From: a virus
Taxonomy: Duplodnaviria > Heunggongvirae > Uroviricota > Caudoviricetes
Direction: 5' to 3' (one strand)
Length of the DNA stretch: 56,565 bases
IMG/VR virus record: IMGVR_UViG_3300043788_000176
Span: 1-56,565 of that record
Part shown: piece by piece, positions 13,080 through 23,072 of the stretch
Layout of the letters: the number at the start of each line of letters is the position of its first letter
Position numbering within the stretch: position 1 is the first letter of the stretch
Notes under the pieces: generated by a model
The model's database searches: none
Seen by the model: the letters and a program-made list of their open reading frames with translations, nothing else
What the model was told of the DNA's origin: nothing
Program-made: the position numbers and the translations under genes

Positions 13080-13123
13080 CACTGTGGCGCGGATCGGCTA
13101 GAGTGAGGCGCTGATCCGCGCCA
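13077..13123 (+). promoter_or_regulatory. Putative promoter with overlapping 11-bp inverted repeat, start of virion module
   Basis: ATGACA-N17-TAGAGT; tggcgcggatc (13085) and gatccgcgcca (13113) flank the -10 box. Confidence 0.5.
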
Positions 13124-13174
13124 GATCGGTAAGACGACCCCTGACGGCCCGTCGCCGCTGCGGTCGCGGTCGCG

Positions 13175-13822
13175 ATGATGACAGCAGCATCTGGAGCGGT
13201 TGTCGGCCCAAATGGCGGGCTGATTCAGATCTCGGCCGCGAGTTACACGCTCTCGGCCGAGACGAATAATCTCATCCTTTCGTTTACCTCGGCCTCGGCC
13301 GTTACGGTCACGATCAATCCTGGCCTGCCAGTCGGGTTCAGCGTCACGGTGATCCAGGATGGTGCTGGGGCGATCACGTTTGTTGCCAGCTCGGGGGTTA
13401 CCCTAAACAACCTCAGCAGCGAACTGACCTCGGCTGGCCAGTACGCGCAGATGTTCCTGACCAGTGTCGGCCAGGACATCTACGTGCTCAGTGGCGGCGT
13501 CAGCGGATCTGGCGGCAGTGGCATTACGCAGTTGACTGGAGACGTGACCGCTGGTCCTGGCTCTGGGTCGGAAGCTGCGACACTCGCGACCGTCAATACC
13601 AATGTTGGCAGCTTTACGCTCGCCAACGTCACGGTAAACGCCAAGGGTTTGGTAACTGCCGCATCAAGCGGGTCGGCAGCACCTTTGGTACTAACTGGGC
13701 AGACCTCGACCCCAGGATCGTCGGCCGGCACGCTGACCAATGCGCCAGCGGTGGGCAATCCGACGCTGTGGCTCCAGATCAGCGTCAACGGCACGACCTA
13801 TTACATCCCCGGCTGGACCTGA
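13175..13822 (+). CDS. Virion structural protein with fibre-type beta domain
   Basis: SYTL..GFSVTVIQDGAGAITF..GVTL module common in phage fibres; S/T/G-rich. Confidence 0.75.
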   Translation: MMTAASGAVVGPNGGLIQISAASYTLSAETNNLILSFTSASAVTVTINPGLPVGFSVTVIQDGAGAITFVASSGVTLNNLSSELTSAGQYAQMFLTSVGQDIYVLSGGVSGSGGSGITQLTGDVTAGPGSGSEAATLATVNTNVGSFTLANVTVNAKGLVTAASSGSAAPLVLTGQTSTPGSSAGTLTNAPAVGNPTLWLQISVNGTTYYIPGWT

Positions 13823-13825
13823 TAA

Positions 13826-14491
13826 ATGCTCCCGATCACGTTAACGGTTGGGCCGCTGGTCGCGGGCGCTGCGGCATTTTATGCGGCCTCCGCAACTCCG
13901 GTCAGCGGCGTGCCCCTAACGCTCACGGGGGCAGTGCCAGTGGTCCCGCGCCAAGTGCTGCTCACATACGGTAATGAAGCTGCGGCGCGCACACTGGTCG
14001 TCACCGGGGCCAACGCCAGCGGCAATTCAATCCAAGAGACACTCGCCGTACCCTCTGGGGCTGGCGGCACCGTCGCAACGGTACAGTCCTTTGCGTCAGT
14101 GACCTCGGCATTGCCATTGGGTGGTGGTTGGACTGCAGCCGCATCGCTCGGCACGAACGGTGTCGCATCGAGCGATTGGAAAATCATCAACGCGCAGATG
14201 TTTGGCCCGACCGAGGTCGCATTCGCGGTGTCGGTCACTGGCACTGTAAATTGGTCGATCGAACTGACCTACACCAACCCAAACAACAACGCCAATCAGA
14301 TGGGTGGCGCATTTGGCAATGAACCGACGCCAGTTACGGTTTGGGCTGGGCCGACCGGGTTGACTGCACAAGCGGTGGCGGCGCAAGGCGTGATCAATGA
14401 TCCGTTCTACGCGTGGCGGCTAACGGTCAACAGCGGCACCGGCAGTGCGACCGTGACCGCGATAGAGGCTGGCATGGCGGCGGTTGCCTGA
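13826..14491 (+). CDS. Virion structural/decoration protein
   Basis: All-beta A/T/G/V-rich sequence within the structural operon. Confidence 0.7.
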   Translation: MLPITLTVGPLVAGAAAFYAASATPVSGVPLTLTGAVPVVPRQVLLTYGNEAAARTLVVTGANASGNSIQETLAVPSGAGGTVATVQSFASVTSALPLGGGWTAAASLGTNGVASSDWKIINAQMFGPTEVAFAVSVTGTVNWSIELTYTNPNNNANQMGGAFGNEPTPVTVWAGPTGLTAQAVAAQGVINDPFYAWRLTVNSGTGSATVTAIEAGMAAVA

Positions 14492-14500
14492 GAAAGCGCG

Positions 14501-15892
14501 ATGCCACAAGCCCTACTCGAATCATCCGGGACGACAAACTTTAATCCAAGTCTCGGCGAGTTTGTCATAGAGGCGTACAGTAGAATACAAGTACGCCCAC
14601 CGTCTCTAACGAGAGATCATTTTGTCCAGGCGCGACTTTCGAGTAATTTATTGTTTAGCGAGTGGGCCAATATTGGAATGCCGTTGTTATTTGCTGTACG
14701 GAGACTGCAAATACCGCTAATTCCTGGCATTTCGTCTTATACGTTACCTTCTAATGTCATTGCCCCCCTCGACGCTTTCGTCAGACAATACTTTACGGGC
14801 AATGATGTAAATTTCCTGCCGGCGTTCACAGCGCCTGCTGGATCGACGGTATGGAACGTGTATCAGCCACAGCACGGCTATCGGCTGGGCCAGATGGTCT
14901 GGTACCCTGGTCAGGTCTCGGCTGGCGGGATCGTCATTGGGGGCGCCTACATCATCAGCGGGATCGTTGATCCCAACAACTACCAGATCACGACCGCCGA
15001 GCCGTCATCTGGCACGGGCAACATTCTATTCGGCGACAATGGGCAACCTCTGACCAACGACAGCGGTCAGTTGCTGACGGACGGCACTGGGCTCTATCCG
15101 CCAGTCATGCCGACGTTTGCCGCCACGGCAGGAACCGACATCCTCACCGTCAATCTGCATGGGCACGGGATGTCGAACGGGCAGACATTCTACATCAACA
15201 TCACACTGAACATCGGCGGCATGATGCTGAACGGCGGTTTCACCGTGGTTGGCGTGCCAGACCAGAACAATTTTCAGATACAGGTCAACCAGGACGCCGT
15301 CTACGGTACTGGCGAGGGATCGCCGCCAGTCTATCTGACAGGCGACAATGGTCAGATTCTACTCGACGACAACGGCAACCCGATCATTGTCACGCTCGGC
15401 GTCCCTGGCACGCCGATCATGCTGAATGGCGGGTTCGCGCAGGCGCGGACGGAGTTGTATCACGATAACCACATTGACTTTATTTTGTACCCGATAAGCA
15501 GAACCGAATACGCAATGCAGCCAGAAAAGCAGGCGGAATTCCGGCCGACGACGTTTTGGGCAGAGCGCCTATCGAACTTGACCATCCACTTTTGGAATGT
15601 TCCAGATAACAATGGTCCGTATTTACTGAATCTATACGTGATGCAGCAGCAAGACGATGCGGTGATTGAGGGCGGCATCGGGATTGGGGTTCCGTTCCGC
15701 TGGTTCGATGCATTCTGTTCTGGTTTGGCATTACGGCTCTGCCGTAAATTCCCCCCCGATCCGCGGAGCGGTACGTCAATCGGAGATCTCCGAAACGAGT
15801 ACCAAGTTGCATTTCAGGCCGCATTAAAAGAGGATATTGAGAGGGGACCTGCCTTTATGTTAACCCCGGGCTTGGGATCTTATTTCAGATAA
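14501..15892 (+). CDS. Putative head-tail adaptor with inserted beta domains
   Basis: SSGTTNF...IEAY.RI N-terminus, PISRTEY..RPTTFW..WNVPDN..AFCSGLA C-terminus; central HG-containing repeats. Confidence 0.7.
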   Translation: MPQALLESSGTTNFNPSLGEFVIEAYSRIQVRPPSLTRDHFVQARLSSNLLFSEWANIGMPLLFAVRRLQIPLIPGISSYTLPSNVIAPLDAFVRQYFTGNDVNFLPAFTAPAGSTVWNVYQPQHGYRLGQMVWYPGQVSAGGIVIGGAYIISGIVDPNNYQITTAEPSSGTGNILFGDNGQPLTNDSGQLLTDGTGLYPPVMPTFAATAGTDILTVNLHGHGMSNGQTFYINITLNIGGMMLNGGFTVVGVPDQNNFQIQVNQDAVYGTGEGSPPVYLTGDNGQILLDDNGNPIIVTLGVPGTPIMLNGGFAQARTELYHDNHIDFILYPISRTEYAMQPEKQAEFRPTTFWAERLSNLTIHFWNVPDNNGPYLLNLYVMQQQDDAVIEGGIGIGVPFRWFDAFCSGLALRLCRKFPPDPRSGTSIGDLRNEYQVAFQAALKEDIERGPAFMLTPGLGSYFR

Positions 15893-16850
15893 GGCGTTTT
15901 TTCTTCCACTGCATTTTGTGAGCTTCACTTAATTTCTTGAGGTGCGCAGGCGACAGTTTCTTTCCGCGCCTGACATCAGCAGATTTCTTTGCGGCTTCTA
16001 GCATTTTCAGGCGATGTTCCGGTGATTTTGGTTTTCCCTTATGGGTCGCGCTCATTTTCGCGCGCACCTCCTCTGAGGCGAGCGCTGCCCGCATATTGGC
16101 CTTTGCCTGTTCAGTATGAGGGCCGCGCCTGGCATTGGCGCGAATCTTGGCTTTGTGTTCCTCGCTGTGGTGCTTGCCCAGATTGGCGACCCGTAATTTT
16201 TCCCTCGTCTCAGCGCTAGGTATTCTGCCCTGCGCCGCCACCGCCATTTTGGCCCGTTGCTCGGGCGGTTTTGGTACGCCTTTAAACCTCTTGCTCACCG
16301 CCGCCCTCACAGTCTGAGAAATCTCACGACCGAGAGTTGCCTCGCTGATTCTTTGTCGTGTTTCGGAAGGGCGTTTCCGCCCAGTCAAAGCGATGCGCAT
16401 CTTTTCGCGCTGCTCTAGCCCGACCTTGTGTCCCATATGAGATCGTCGCATGTTCTCCCGCGCTGCGGGAGAATGCTTAAAACCAGTTAGGGATGCCGCG
16501 ATCTTTGCTGCAACTTCGCCAGTGGCGTCATGCACGCCATCGCCGCCATCGGTTAGATTCGTCAGCGGTCCATGTGGATATCTGCCGATCGCCGTGACGA
16601 AGACCTCTTCAAGAGCGAGCGCTTCAAAATGTGAAAGATGTTCGGCAATTTTCACGCTGGGGATTTCTCCGAGAACCCGCAAAGTCTCCTGGGCTATTGC
16701 TAGTTTACGGGGGTTATTCGCACTGGCAGCGGGTGCCGCGTGGTCAAGATACCGACGACCGCGGCCTTTCCCAGCATAGAACGGGATGCCGAGCCAGTCG
16801 AACAGAAGATAGACGTAAGAATTTCTGAGGAGTATCGTTGGTGCAGGCAT
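15885..16850 (-). CDS. GIY-YIG-type homing endonuclease with NUMOD3 repeats
   Basis: YVYLL..PFYAGKG, LTNLTDGGDG, then repeated HSEEHKAKI/KSPEHRLKM motifs; start moved to ATG 16850. Confidence 0.9.
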   Translation of the reverse strand: MPAPTILLRNSYVYLLFDWLGIPFYAGKGRGRRYLDHAAPAASANNPRKLAIAQETLRVLGEIPSVKIAEHLSHFEALALEEVFVTAIGRYPHGPLTNLTDGGDGVHDATGEVAAKIAASLTGFKHSPAARENMRRSHMGHKVGLEQREKMRIALTGRKRPSETRQRISEATLGREISQTVRAAVSKRFKGVPKPPEQRAKMAVAAQGRIPSAETREKLRVANLGKHHSEEHKAKIRANARRGPHTEQAKANMRAALASEEVRAKMSATHKGKPKSPEHRLKMLEAAKKSADVRRGKKLSPAHLKKLSEAHKMQWKKKRLI

Positions 16851-16929
16851 TCGGGCGCGCTCCGCTCGGGTGTCGATGGGGATCGGCATCGCAGCAACGG
16901 TGTCGATCCCCGCTATTATAGGACGAATC

Positions 16930-17169
16930 ATGATCCCCGACACGATTGAAATCGACCTCGCGTCGCTGAAGACGCCAGAGAATGTGGATCGCCGCGCGCA
17001 CATCGCGACGCTGCTGCGGCAGATTCTATGCAGCGCCGAGGTGACGCCTTGCGCCAACGAGGCTGGCGAGTGGGTTTTGGATTTTGATTGGGAGCCGATC
17101 TTTGGCGCAGTGACGCTGCAGAAACTACCGCCCGCGACGTTCCGCCAGCGGGTGAAGGCGCAGGGCTGA
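16930..17169 (+). CDS. Hypothetical protein
   Basis: ATG 16930; divergent from the endonuclease. Confidence 0.5.
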   Translation: MIPDTIEIDLASLKTPENVDRRAHIATLLRQILCSAEVTPCANEAGEWVLDFDWEPIFGAVTLQKLPPATFRQRVKAQG

Positions 17170-17195
17170 CAACCCCGCGATCTTTCTGCTATATA
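17166..17195 (+). promoter_or_regulatory. Possible sigma70-like promoter
   Basis: CTGACA-N18-TATATA upstream of the tailspike gene. Confidence 0.4.
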
Positions 17196-17268
17196 AAGGT
17201 AGCGTTCCGCGTCTGAGCGCTGACGTTGCCGCCTGCCGCGCTGGATGGGTTGGTGCCAGGATTGGCGG

Positions 17269-19761
17269 ATGCGTTGGCATCTGGCGCTTGCGGCGGCACT
17301 GATAGGCGTCTGGGCGATCACGGCTCACGCCGCATCGACGATCGTCCCCAATTTATTGCCGATCGGCATTCCCGCCAATGCGGGGCTGATTAACCAAAAC
17401 TTCGGCAACGCGATCAACGACGTAAACGCGTTGCAGACGCAGAATGCGGGCGTCACGCCGCCGTCGAACCCGTCTCGGGGCTATTTCTGGTTGTCGACCC
17501 CGCAGAACGGTACGATCTATGAATTGAATGTCTGGGATGGCACAAAATGGTTGCCGATCGCCGGGCTTGATTCGGTCAATCACATTTGGATGCCGCCGAT
17601 CGGCGGTGGTGTGCCACCAACAATCCTCAGTGCGACCACGACTGATCTGGGCTCAGTACCGCAGGCGACCGTCTCTATCTCGGGCGTGAATGCGATCCAG
17701 AGCTTTGGTACCAGTGCCCCAGCAGGCACGATCAAGGTCGTGCTGTTCACGGCGGCGACGCCGCTGATCAATTCGGCCTCACTGGTTCTGCCGGGGAACA
17801 CAAATATCACGCAGACAGCAGGGGGCGTAGAGGCCGCGCTGGCGCAGGGCGGCGGCGCTTGGAAGGTCATTTTCGATTCGCAATCGGTGTTGGTTGGTAC
17901 TGGCGTCAATGGAGTGTTTGTCTGTCCGAGCATCACCGTTGCGAACGGCCTGATTTCGTCTGCCGCTGGAGCCGCTTGTCCGGTCAATGTCGCCACCAAT
18001 GCCGCGCTACAGGCGATAACCGCTCCCGCGGCCGGTACCGAGGTCTTCCGCGCGGGATTTTACGCTGCTGGCGATGGCGGGAAGGCAAACTATACATTCT
18101 CGACATCAGCATGCTCATTAAATGCTGGCACCGGGGATAACGGTTCGCAAGTTGCGCCGACTGCGGGCAGCGGCTGTTGGCTCGTCCAGGTCCCCCCCAC
18201 TGGTCTTAGCTTCAAGGTTTGGGGCGCTAAGATGGACGGCGCCACCAATGACGCGGCGGCAGATCAGGCCGCGCTTAACTGGGCGGGCCAGGTACCCGGA
18301 GGCACACTACAGGTCCCTGCAGGGGGGTTATCTTACACTGGATCGGCGCAGATTACCGATAATGGCCTTCCTGTCATCATCCACGGCAACAATCCGACAA
18401 ACGGCAACGACAACGGTGCCTGCACGAGCGGATTCACCGATGTTGCCGGCGGGATTGGGGCGAACATCAACATCCTCAGCCTAACGGGCACCGGGAGCAA
18501 GATCGACCACACCTGCATCCTGGCCGGGAGCGCCAGCACGCCCGCGACCGCTGGCACGGTGCTGACGATCGGCGGAACAGGCACCTCGAACGGCGTAAAC
18601 CAGGCCGCAACCTTCGATACGATAAAATTCCCGTACATCGGCATCGCCGCTGGCGGGTCGACGCACGGGTCGACGGACACCAATAGCCTACATCTCGAGA
18701 ACGATTGGGTCGTCAGTCCCAGCTTCGCCGGGATCGTGATCGGCCAATTCAGCTCCAACGCCACGACCGGGGGGCTGATCCTTAGAGGAGACCGCGTTAC
18801 TTGCGCGCCGCCCGACACGGCCGCCTATGGCATTGCCATCTATGATGGTGCCATTGACCACTACGATGGCACCGACATCACCAACTGTAATCAGAATCTG
18901 GCTGTTATCCCCGGCGCCGCTGGCGGCTCCGGCCAGACGGTCCTCGGGTTCTTCTACGACGTGCTTGGTGATACGGGCATCTTGAACCAGCTCTATATTG
19001 AGCCGCAGACATCTCAGGGCAAAGTCGAGTATTTCGATTGTAACGGCTGCTGGATCGGGATGAACAACAACACAACGGGTGCGGGCGCAGTGATCGCTAA
19101 CCGCAACGGCGGTGTCGTCCAAGGGATCACGTTCAGCGGAGGCATCGCCCACGGCAACAACAACAACGCGAACTCGCCGGAGGATATTTTCGACATCGAG
19201 GGCAATATTTGTGGCGTTACAATCGTGGGTATGCAGATCGCCGCCGATGGCGGCGGGGCCGACGCCAATAACGGGATAAATGACAATAGTACGTGCTCAA
19301 GTGCTATGGTCTACAGCAACGATAATTACAGCTTCAATGCCGGAACGCTTGGGATTGGTCTTCATATAACTTCAACGGCTGGCGATAACCGCACGATTGT
19401 TGGGAACAATTGGTCACAGACGTTCACGCCATTTCAATTCGATCCGACTTCGGCCATCTATCGGATGACCGAGACGAACAACTTTCCGTTGTCAACCAAT
19501 ACCCCCTCTGCCTTGACGGCCGCAGCCTCGATCGCCGCGCCGCTGTTCGACTGGTTTGGCATAAACGGCACGACGACAATCAGCAATATGTCTGGGTTCT
19601 GGCAGACACGATACGTCCGCATTCGGGCAAACTCGGCCGGACTCAACTTCGCGACCGGTGGTGGGACCGGTGGCTTCTGCATGGCCTTTGGGCCTACGAC
19701 ATCGGGGGAAATCGTGCAGGCTTACTGGAACGCGAACAATGCTTGCTGGGATTTGAAGTGA
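17269..19761 (+). CDS. Tailspike-like protein with pectate-lyase-type beta-helix and N-terminal signal peptide
   Basis: MRWHLALAAALIGVWAITAHA|A; virion-attachment-like N domain; WGAKMDGATNDAAADQAALN beta-helix start; N/G/T-rich coils. Confidence 0.85.
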   Translation: MRWHLALAAALIGVWAITAHAASTIVPNLLPIGIPANAGLINQNFGNAINDVNALQTQNAGVTPPSNPSRGYFWLSTPQNGTIYELNVWDGTKWLPIAGLDSVNHIWMPPIGGGVPPTILSATTTDLGSVPQATVSISGVNAIQSFGTSAPAGTIKVVLFTAATPLINSASLVLPGNTNITQTAGGVEAALAQGGGAWKVIFDSQSVLVGTGVNGVFVCPSITVANGLISSAAGAACPVNVATNAALQAITAPAAGTEVFRAGFYAAGDGGKANYTFSTSACSLNAGTGDNGSQVAPTAGSGCWLVQVPPTGLSFKVWGAKMDGATNDAAADQAALNWAGQVPGGTLQVPAGGLSYTGSAQITDNGLPVIIHGNNPTNGNDNGACTSGFTDVAGGIGANINILSLTGTGSKIDHTCILAGSASTPATAGTVLTIGGTGTSNGVNQAATFDTIKFPYIGIAAGGSTHGSTDTNSLHLENDWVVSPSFAGIVIGQFSSNATTGGLILRGDRVTCAPPDTAAYGIAIYDGAIDHYDGTDITNCNQNLAVIPGAAGGSGQTVLGFFYDVLGDTGILNQLYIEPQTSQGKVEYFDCNGCWIGMNNNTTGAGAVIANRNGGVVQGITFSGGIAHGNNNNANSPEDIFDIEGNICGVTIVGMQIAADGGGADANNGINDNSTCSSAMVYSNDNYSFNAGTLGIGLHITSTAGDNRTIVGNNWSQTFTPFQFDPTSAIYRMTETNNFPLSTNTPSALTAAASIAAPLFDWFGINGTTTISNMSGFWQTRYVRIRANSAGLNFATGGGTGGFCMAFGPTTSGEIVQAYWNANNACWDLK

Positions 19762-20018
19762 TGCTCAGATCCGTCGTCATCGCACTCTTATTTGTTACGG
19801 CGACGCTGCCCGGCGTTGCCGCAGCGCCTGCCTCCACCCCCGTCGTCGGCGATCCTATGCTGGCGCATGCTGGCTTCGATCGACAGTACCTGACCGATCT
19901 CAAGGCTAAATTTTCAGGTAACTATTGCCAGGGAACGCCCGCTCCCAAACCGGGCGAGGCGACGCATCTGGTGCTGAACACGGCCAGGAACTGCTTGGAG
20001 AGGCACAACCACAGGTGA
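19761..20018 (+). CDS. Small exported protein
   Basis: MLRSVVIALLFVTATLPGVAA signal peptide; TGATG coupling. Confidence 0.7.
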   Translation: MLRSVVIALLFVTATLPGVAAAPASTPVVGDPMLAHAGFDRQYLTDLKAKFSGNYCQGTPAPKPGEATHLVLNTARNCLERHNHR

Positions 20019-20749
20019 CCTACGAAGAGAATCTTCGCGTCCTAGCCGAGCTTGCTGGCGACAGCTCGCTGGAGAGCGATCCCGACTTTCTTTCGTTCCT
20101 GCCGTATTGCATTTCGTCGGCTGAGTTGAAGATATGCCGCGACCTCGATCTGCTGAGTACATACGTCACCGACAATTCCGGCAAATTGACCATCAACAGC
20201 AAGGTGTTCCAACTGCCGACCGACGTTGGGATCTTCATCGTGGTCTCACAACTCAGGGTGATCACCCCGAGTCCATCTGGCCCCGGCGCTGTCGGAATCT
20301 TCGGGCCGCCACTCCTGCCAGTGTCAAAGGATACAGTAGATTCATTGTGGCCGCTGGAAACCGCGCCGTCTTTCCCAAGCATCCCTACGATGTGGGCACC
20401 GATTGACCAAGCGAACGTGGTCGTGGCACCACCGCCAGACCAGGATTATTTTATCAGCGTCTTCGGGACGCAACGACCGGTGACGCTGGGTCCGAAAACG
20501 CCCCCTCCTGGCACGTTTATCAGCGTACAGTTGCGCGATCTGTTCGTGGCGGCCGAGATGTTAGAAATAAGCGCCCAGCAACGCAACTGGTCGGCTCATG
20601 GCGACGACCCGCAGATGGCAATAGGGTGGCGGAACGAGTACGATAAACTTATGGCACCCGCGTTGATTGAGGAATACCGCAAGAAATTGCAGAGCACAGG
20701 GTGGCATCCAGGTTTCCCACCTAGAGCCGCCACCCCGCCGCAGACATAA
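20015..20749 (+). CDS. Putative tail adaptor/connector
   Basis: GTG start overlapping the upstream stop; AELKICRDL, PPPDQDY motifs; precedes the nozzle gene. Confidence 0.7.
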   Translation: MTYEENLRVLAELAGDSSLESDPDFLSFLPYCISSAELKICRDLDLLSTYVTDNSGKLTINSKVFQLPTDVGIFIVVSQLRVITPSPSGPGAVGIFGPPLLPVSKDTVDSLWPLETAPSFPSIPTMWAPIDQANVVVAPPPDQDYFISVFGTQRPVTLGPKTPPPGTFISVQLRDLFVAAEMLEISAQQRNWSAHGDDPQMAIGWRNEYDKLMAPALIEEYRKKLQSTGWHPGFPPRAATPPQT

Positions 20750-20751
20750 TG

Positions 20752-21075
20752 TTAGACGCCAAAAATTTCCTTTGCTCGGTCCAGCCGCTCAAGCATCGCT
20801 TTGTTGCGTTTCTCTGCGAGCACAGAAACTCGGAATCTGTGTCCTGGCCACACCTCGGCTTGGTCCATCAATCCAAGGCTGACGAAGCGGCGGAGGTGAT
20901 TCCCAACCGTCTCTCGTCGCGAGCCTGTTGCGGCAACGACATCTTTCATCGTGACCCAGCGGTCGGCCTTTCGGACGAATTCGAAGATTTTGACTTGGTG
21001 CAGGCTGATTTCATTTGTTTCCATGGCGTCCCATTCTGTACCAGAAAGCCGCCATCTAATACCATCTTTCGCCAT
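20752..21075 (-). CDS. Winged-helix DNA-binding protein
   Basis: WVTMKDVVAATGSRRETVGNHLRRFVSLGLM. Confidence 0.7.
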   Translation of the reverse strand: MAKDGIRWRLSGTEWDAMETNEISLHQVKIFEFVRKADRWVTMKDVVAATGSRRETVGNHLRRFVSLGLMDQAEVWPGHRFRVSVLAEKRNKAMLERLDRAKEIFGV

Positions 21076-21092
21076 GTCACGCCATCAAAAAG

Positions 21093-23072
21093 ATGACCCT
21101 TGTCCCGATCAAGTTGCGCCCTGGCGTGACAACTCAGCCGACTCCTCTGCTAAATGAATCTGGCTGGTCCCAAAGTCAAAACATCCGCTGGAAAGATAGC
21201 TTGCCAGAAAAATACGGCGGCTATTTCCAGTTCGCGCAAGTGCCGTCTGACGCGGGCGTGCCCCTAGCATTACAGGCGTGGACCTCTCTGGCGAACCTAG
21301 ACTTTCTCGGCATCGCCTGCTTCCATGGTCTTGAGGTTTTCCTGTCGGAGCAGGTCTACGATATCACGCCGAACACCATCTTCTCGCTGGTGCCGCTGTC
21401 AATCTCGACCACCACCGGCAGTGCCGTCGTTGTGATCGCAGACTCGGTCAACGCGCCGATTGTCGGTGAGTGGTTTCAGATTCACGATCCAATTTCTGTT
21501 GGCGGGATCATCCTGCAAGGAAGTTACGGGGTCACCGCGATCGGCGCGGGCACCTATTCGATTATGTCGGCGGTTGAGGCGACATCTTCAGTGGTGGCTG
21601 GTGGCCAATCCCGCATTCTGACTACGGTTGCGGGGTCCAAGACAGTCACCGTCAATTTACCCAACCACGGCTTGTTCAATGGGCAAATCGCGAGCTTTCC
21701 GGACCCCACGCCGATCGGCGGTCTGACGCTGCAAGGCAATTATTTGACCGTCTACGTTAACTCTAGCACTTACGAGGTGACAGCCGCGACTGCGGCAACG
21801 TCGAGTGTAACCGAGCCTGAGCAGCAGGCTGCATTCGGCGCTGGCGAGGCAATGCAGATTACCTTCTTCAATCCCGCGACTGGTGGGACGCAAGTTGATA
21901 TGCACGCCTCGCAGGCGACGATGGCGAACTGGGGCGAGTTTCTGATGTGGTGCCCGCAGTTCGGTCCGGTGTTTGTCTGGATGCCGGCATCTGGGACATC
22001 AGTCCCAGCCCAGGACATCACGACCGCACCGCAGAGCAACGGCACCATTTTTGTCGCGACACAAGAGGAGCAACTTTTCTGCCTCGGCAGCGTCAATGCG
22101 GCGACTGGTCTGTTTGACCCAATGCTGATCAATTGGTCTGATGTTGCTGATTATACTGATTTTATTCCAACCGTTACCAATCAAGCGGGCGACTTTCGCT
22201 TGGTGACTGGCTCGCGAATTGTGGGTGGCTTGGCGTTGGCAGGCGGCAATATCATCTGGACCGACCTGTGTGCGTATTGGGCGCAGTATCTTGGGTCGCC
22301 TCTGGTTTGGGGGTTTCAGCCTATTGGGCTCAATTTTGGTTTGGTCGGGCCGCATGCTTTTGGCACATTGGGAGCCAATGTATTCTGGATGACCCAGCGT
22401 CAATTCGTGTTCGTGTCGCCGGGCGCGTCGCCGCAGGTCATGGCGTGTGCGGTCTGGGACTTGGTGTTCAAGAACATGGATCTGGCGAACCTCTCCAATG
22501 TCGTGTGCGAGACCAATTCCTTCTACAATGAGGTATCGTGGGAAGTGCCGCAGGCAGATGGCACCGTGACTCGTGCGACCATACAGATTGATACGGGGTT
22601 GTGGAGCTACACGGTTCTGCGTAATAACAGTGACGACGTGCCACGTAGGGCGTGGATTGACCAGTCGGTGTTTGGGGCGCCACTGGCAGCTGATGCAACC
22701 GGCATTATCTGGCAGCATGAAACGGGGAAGAATGCTGGGACACAGCCACTGGCGTGGTATCTGAAGACGGGTATTATCATGGTCGCCGAGGGCGACCAGA
22801 TTACGTTTTTTAGAGAAGTCAAGCCAGACTTCAAGTTTAGCGAAACCGGCCCTGGCCCTGGTGTTGTCCAATGCAAGATTTATGTCTATCAGGACCCGCT
22901 CGATTCCCCTACTGTGAAAGGACCTTTTTATATAACAGACAAGACAAGATCAATTCCTGGAGCTAGAGGAAGAGGAAGGGGTATCCAATTCGAATTTAGT
23001 GGCAATGACCTTTCGAGTTGGGTAAGAGGAGGAATGATCAGGTACAGAGGTAGTTCGGATGGACGAAGATAA
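21093..23072 (+). CDS. Tail nozzle / DNA-stabilisation protein (P22 gp10-like)
   Basis: MTLVPIKLRPGV..ESGW...RW..PEKYGG start; INWSDVADYTDF.P..TNQAGDFRL..GSRIVG; RARGRGRG-type C-terminus. Confidence 0.85.
   Translation: MTLVPIKLRPGVTTQPTPLLNESGWSQSQNIRWKDSLPEKYGGYFQFAQVPSDAGVPLALQAWTSLANLDFLGIACFHGLEVFLSEQVYDITPNTIFSLVPLSISTTTGSAVVVIADSVNAPIVGEWFQIHDPISVGGIILQGSYGVTAIGAGTYSIMSAVEATSSVVAGGQSRILTTVAGSKTVTVNLPNHGLFNGQIASFPDPTPIGGLTLQGNYLTVYVNSSTYEVTAATAATSSVTEPEQQAAFGAGEAMQITFFNPATGGTQVDMHASQATMANWGEFLMWCPQFGPVFVWMPASGTSVPAQDITTAPQSNGTIFVATQEEQLFCLGSVNAATGLFDPMLINWSDVADYTDFIPTVTNQAGDFRLVTGSRIVGGLALAGGNIIWTDLCAYWAQYLGSPLVWGFQPIGLNFGLVGPHAFGTLGANVFWMTQRQFVFVSPGASPQVMACAVWDLVFKNMDLANLSNVVCETNSFYNEVSWEVPQADGTVTRATIQIDTGLWSYTVLRNNSDDVPRRAWIDQSVFGAPLAADATGIIWQHETGKNAGTQPLAWYLKTGIIMVAEGDQITFFREVKPDFKFSETGPGPGVVQCKIYVYQDPLDSPTVKGPFYITDKTRSIPGARGRGRGIQFEFSGNDLSSWVRGGMIRYRGSSDGRR

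Noticed and set aside
15885-17321. 478-aa version of the NUMOD3 endonuclease
   Set aside because: The N-terminal extension overlaps + strand genes and looks non-coding; the GIY-YIG domain begins right after ATG 16850.
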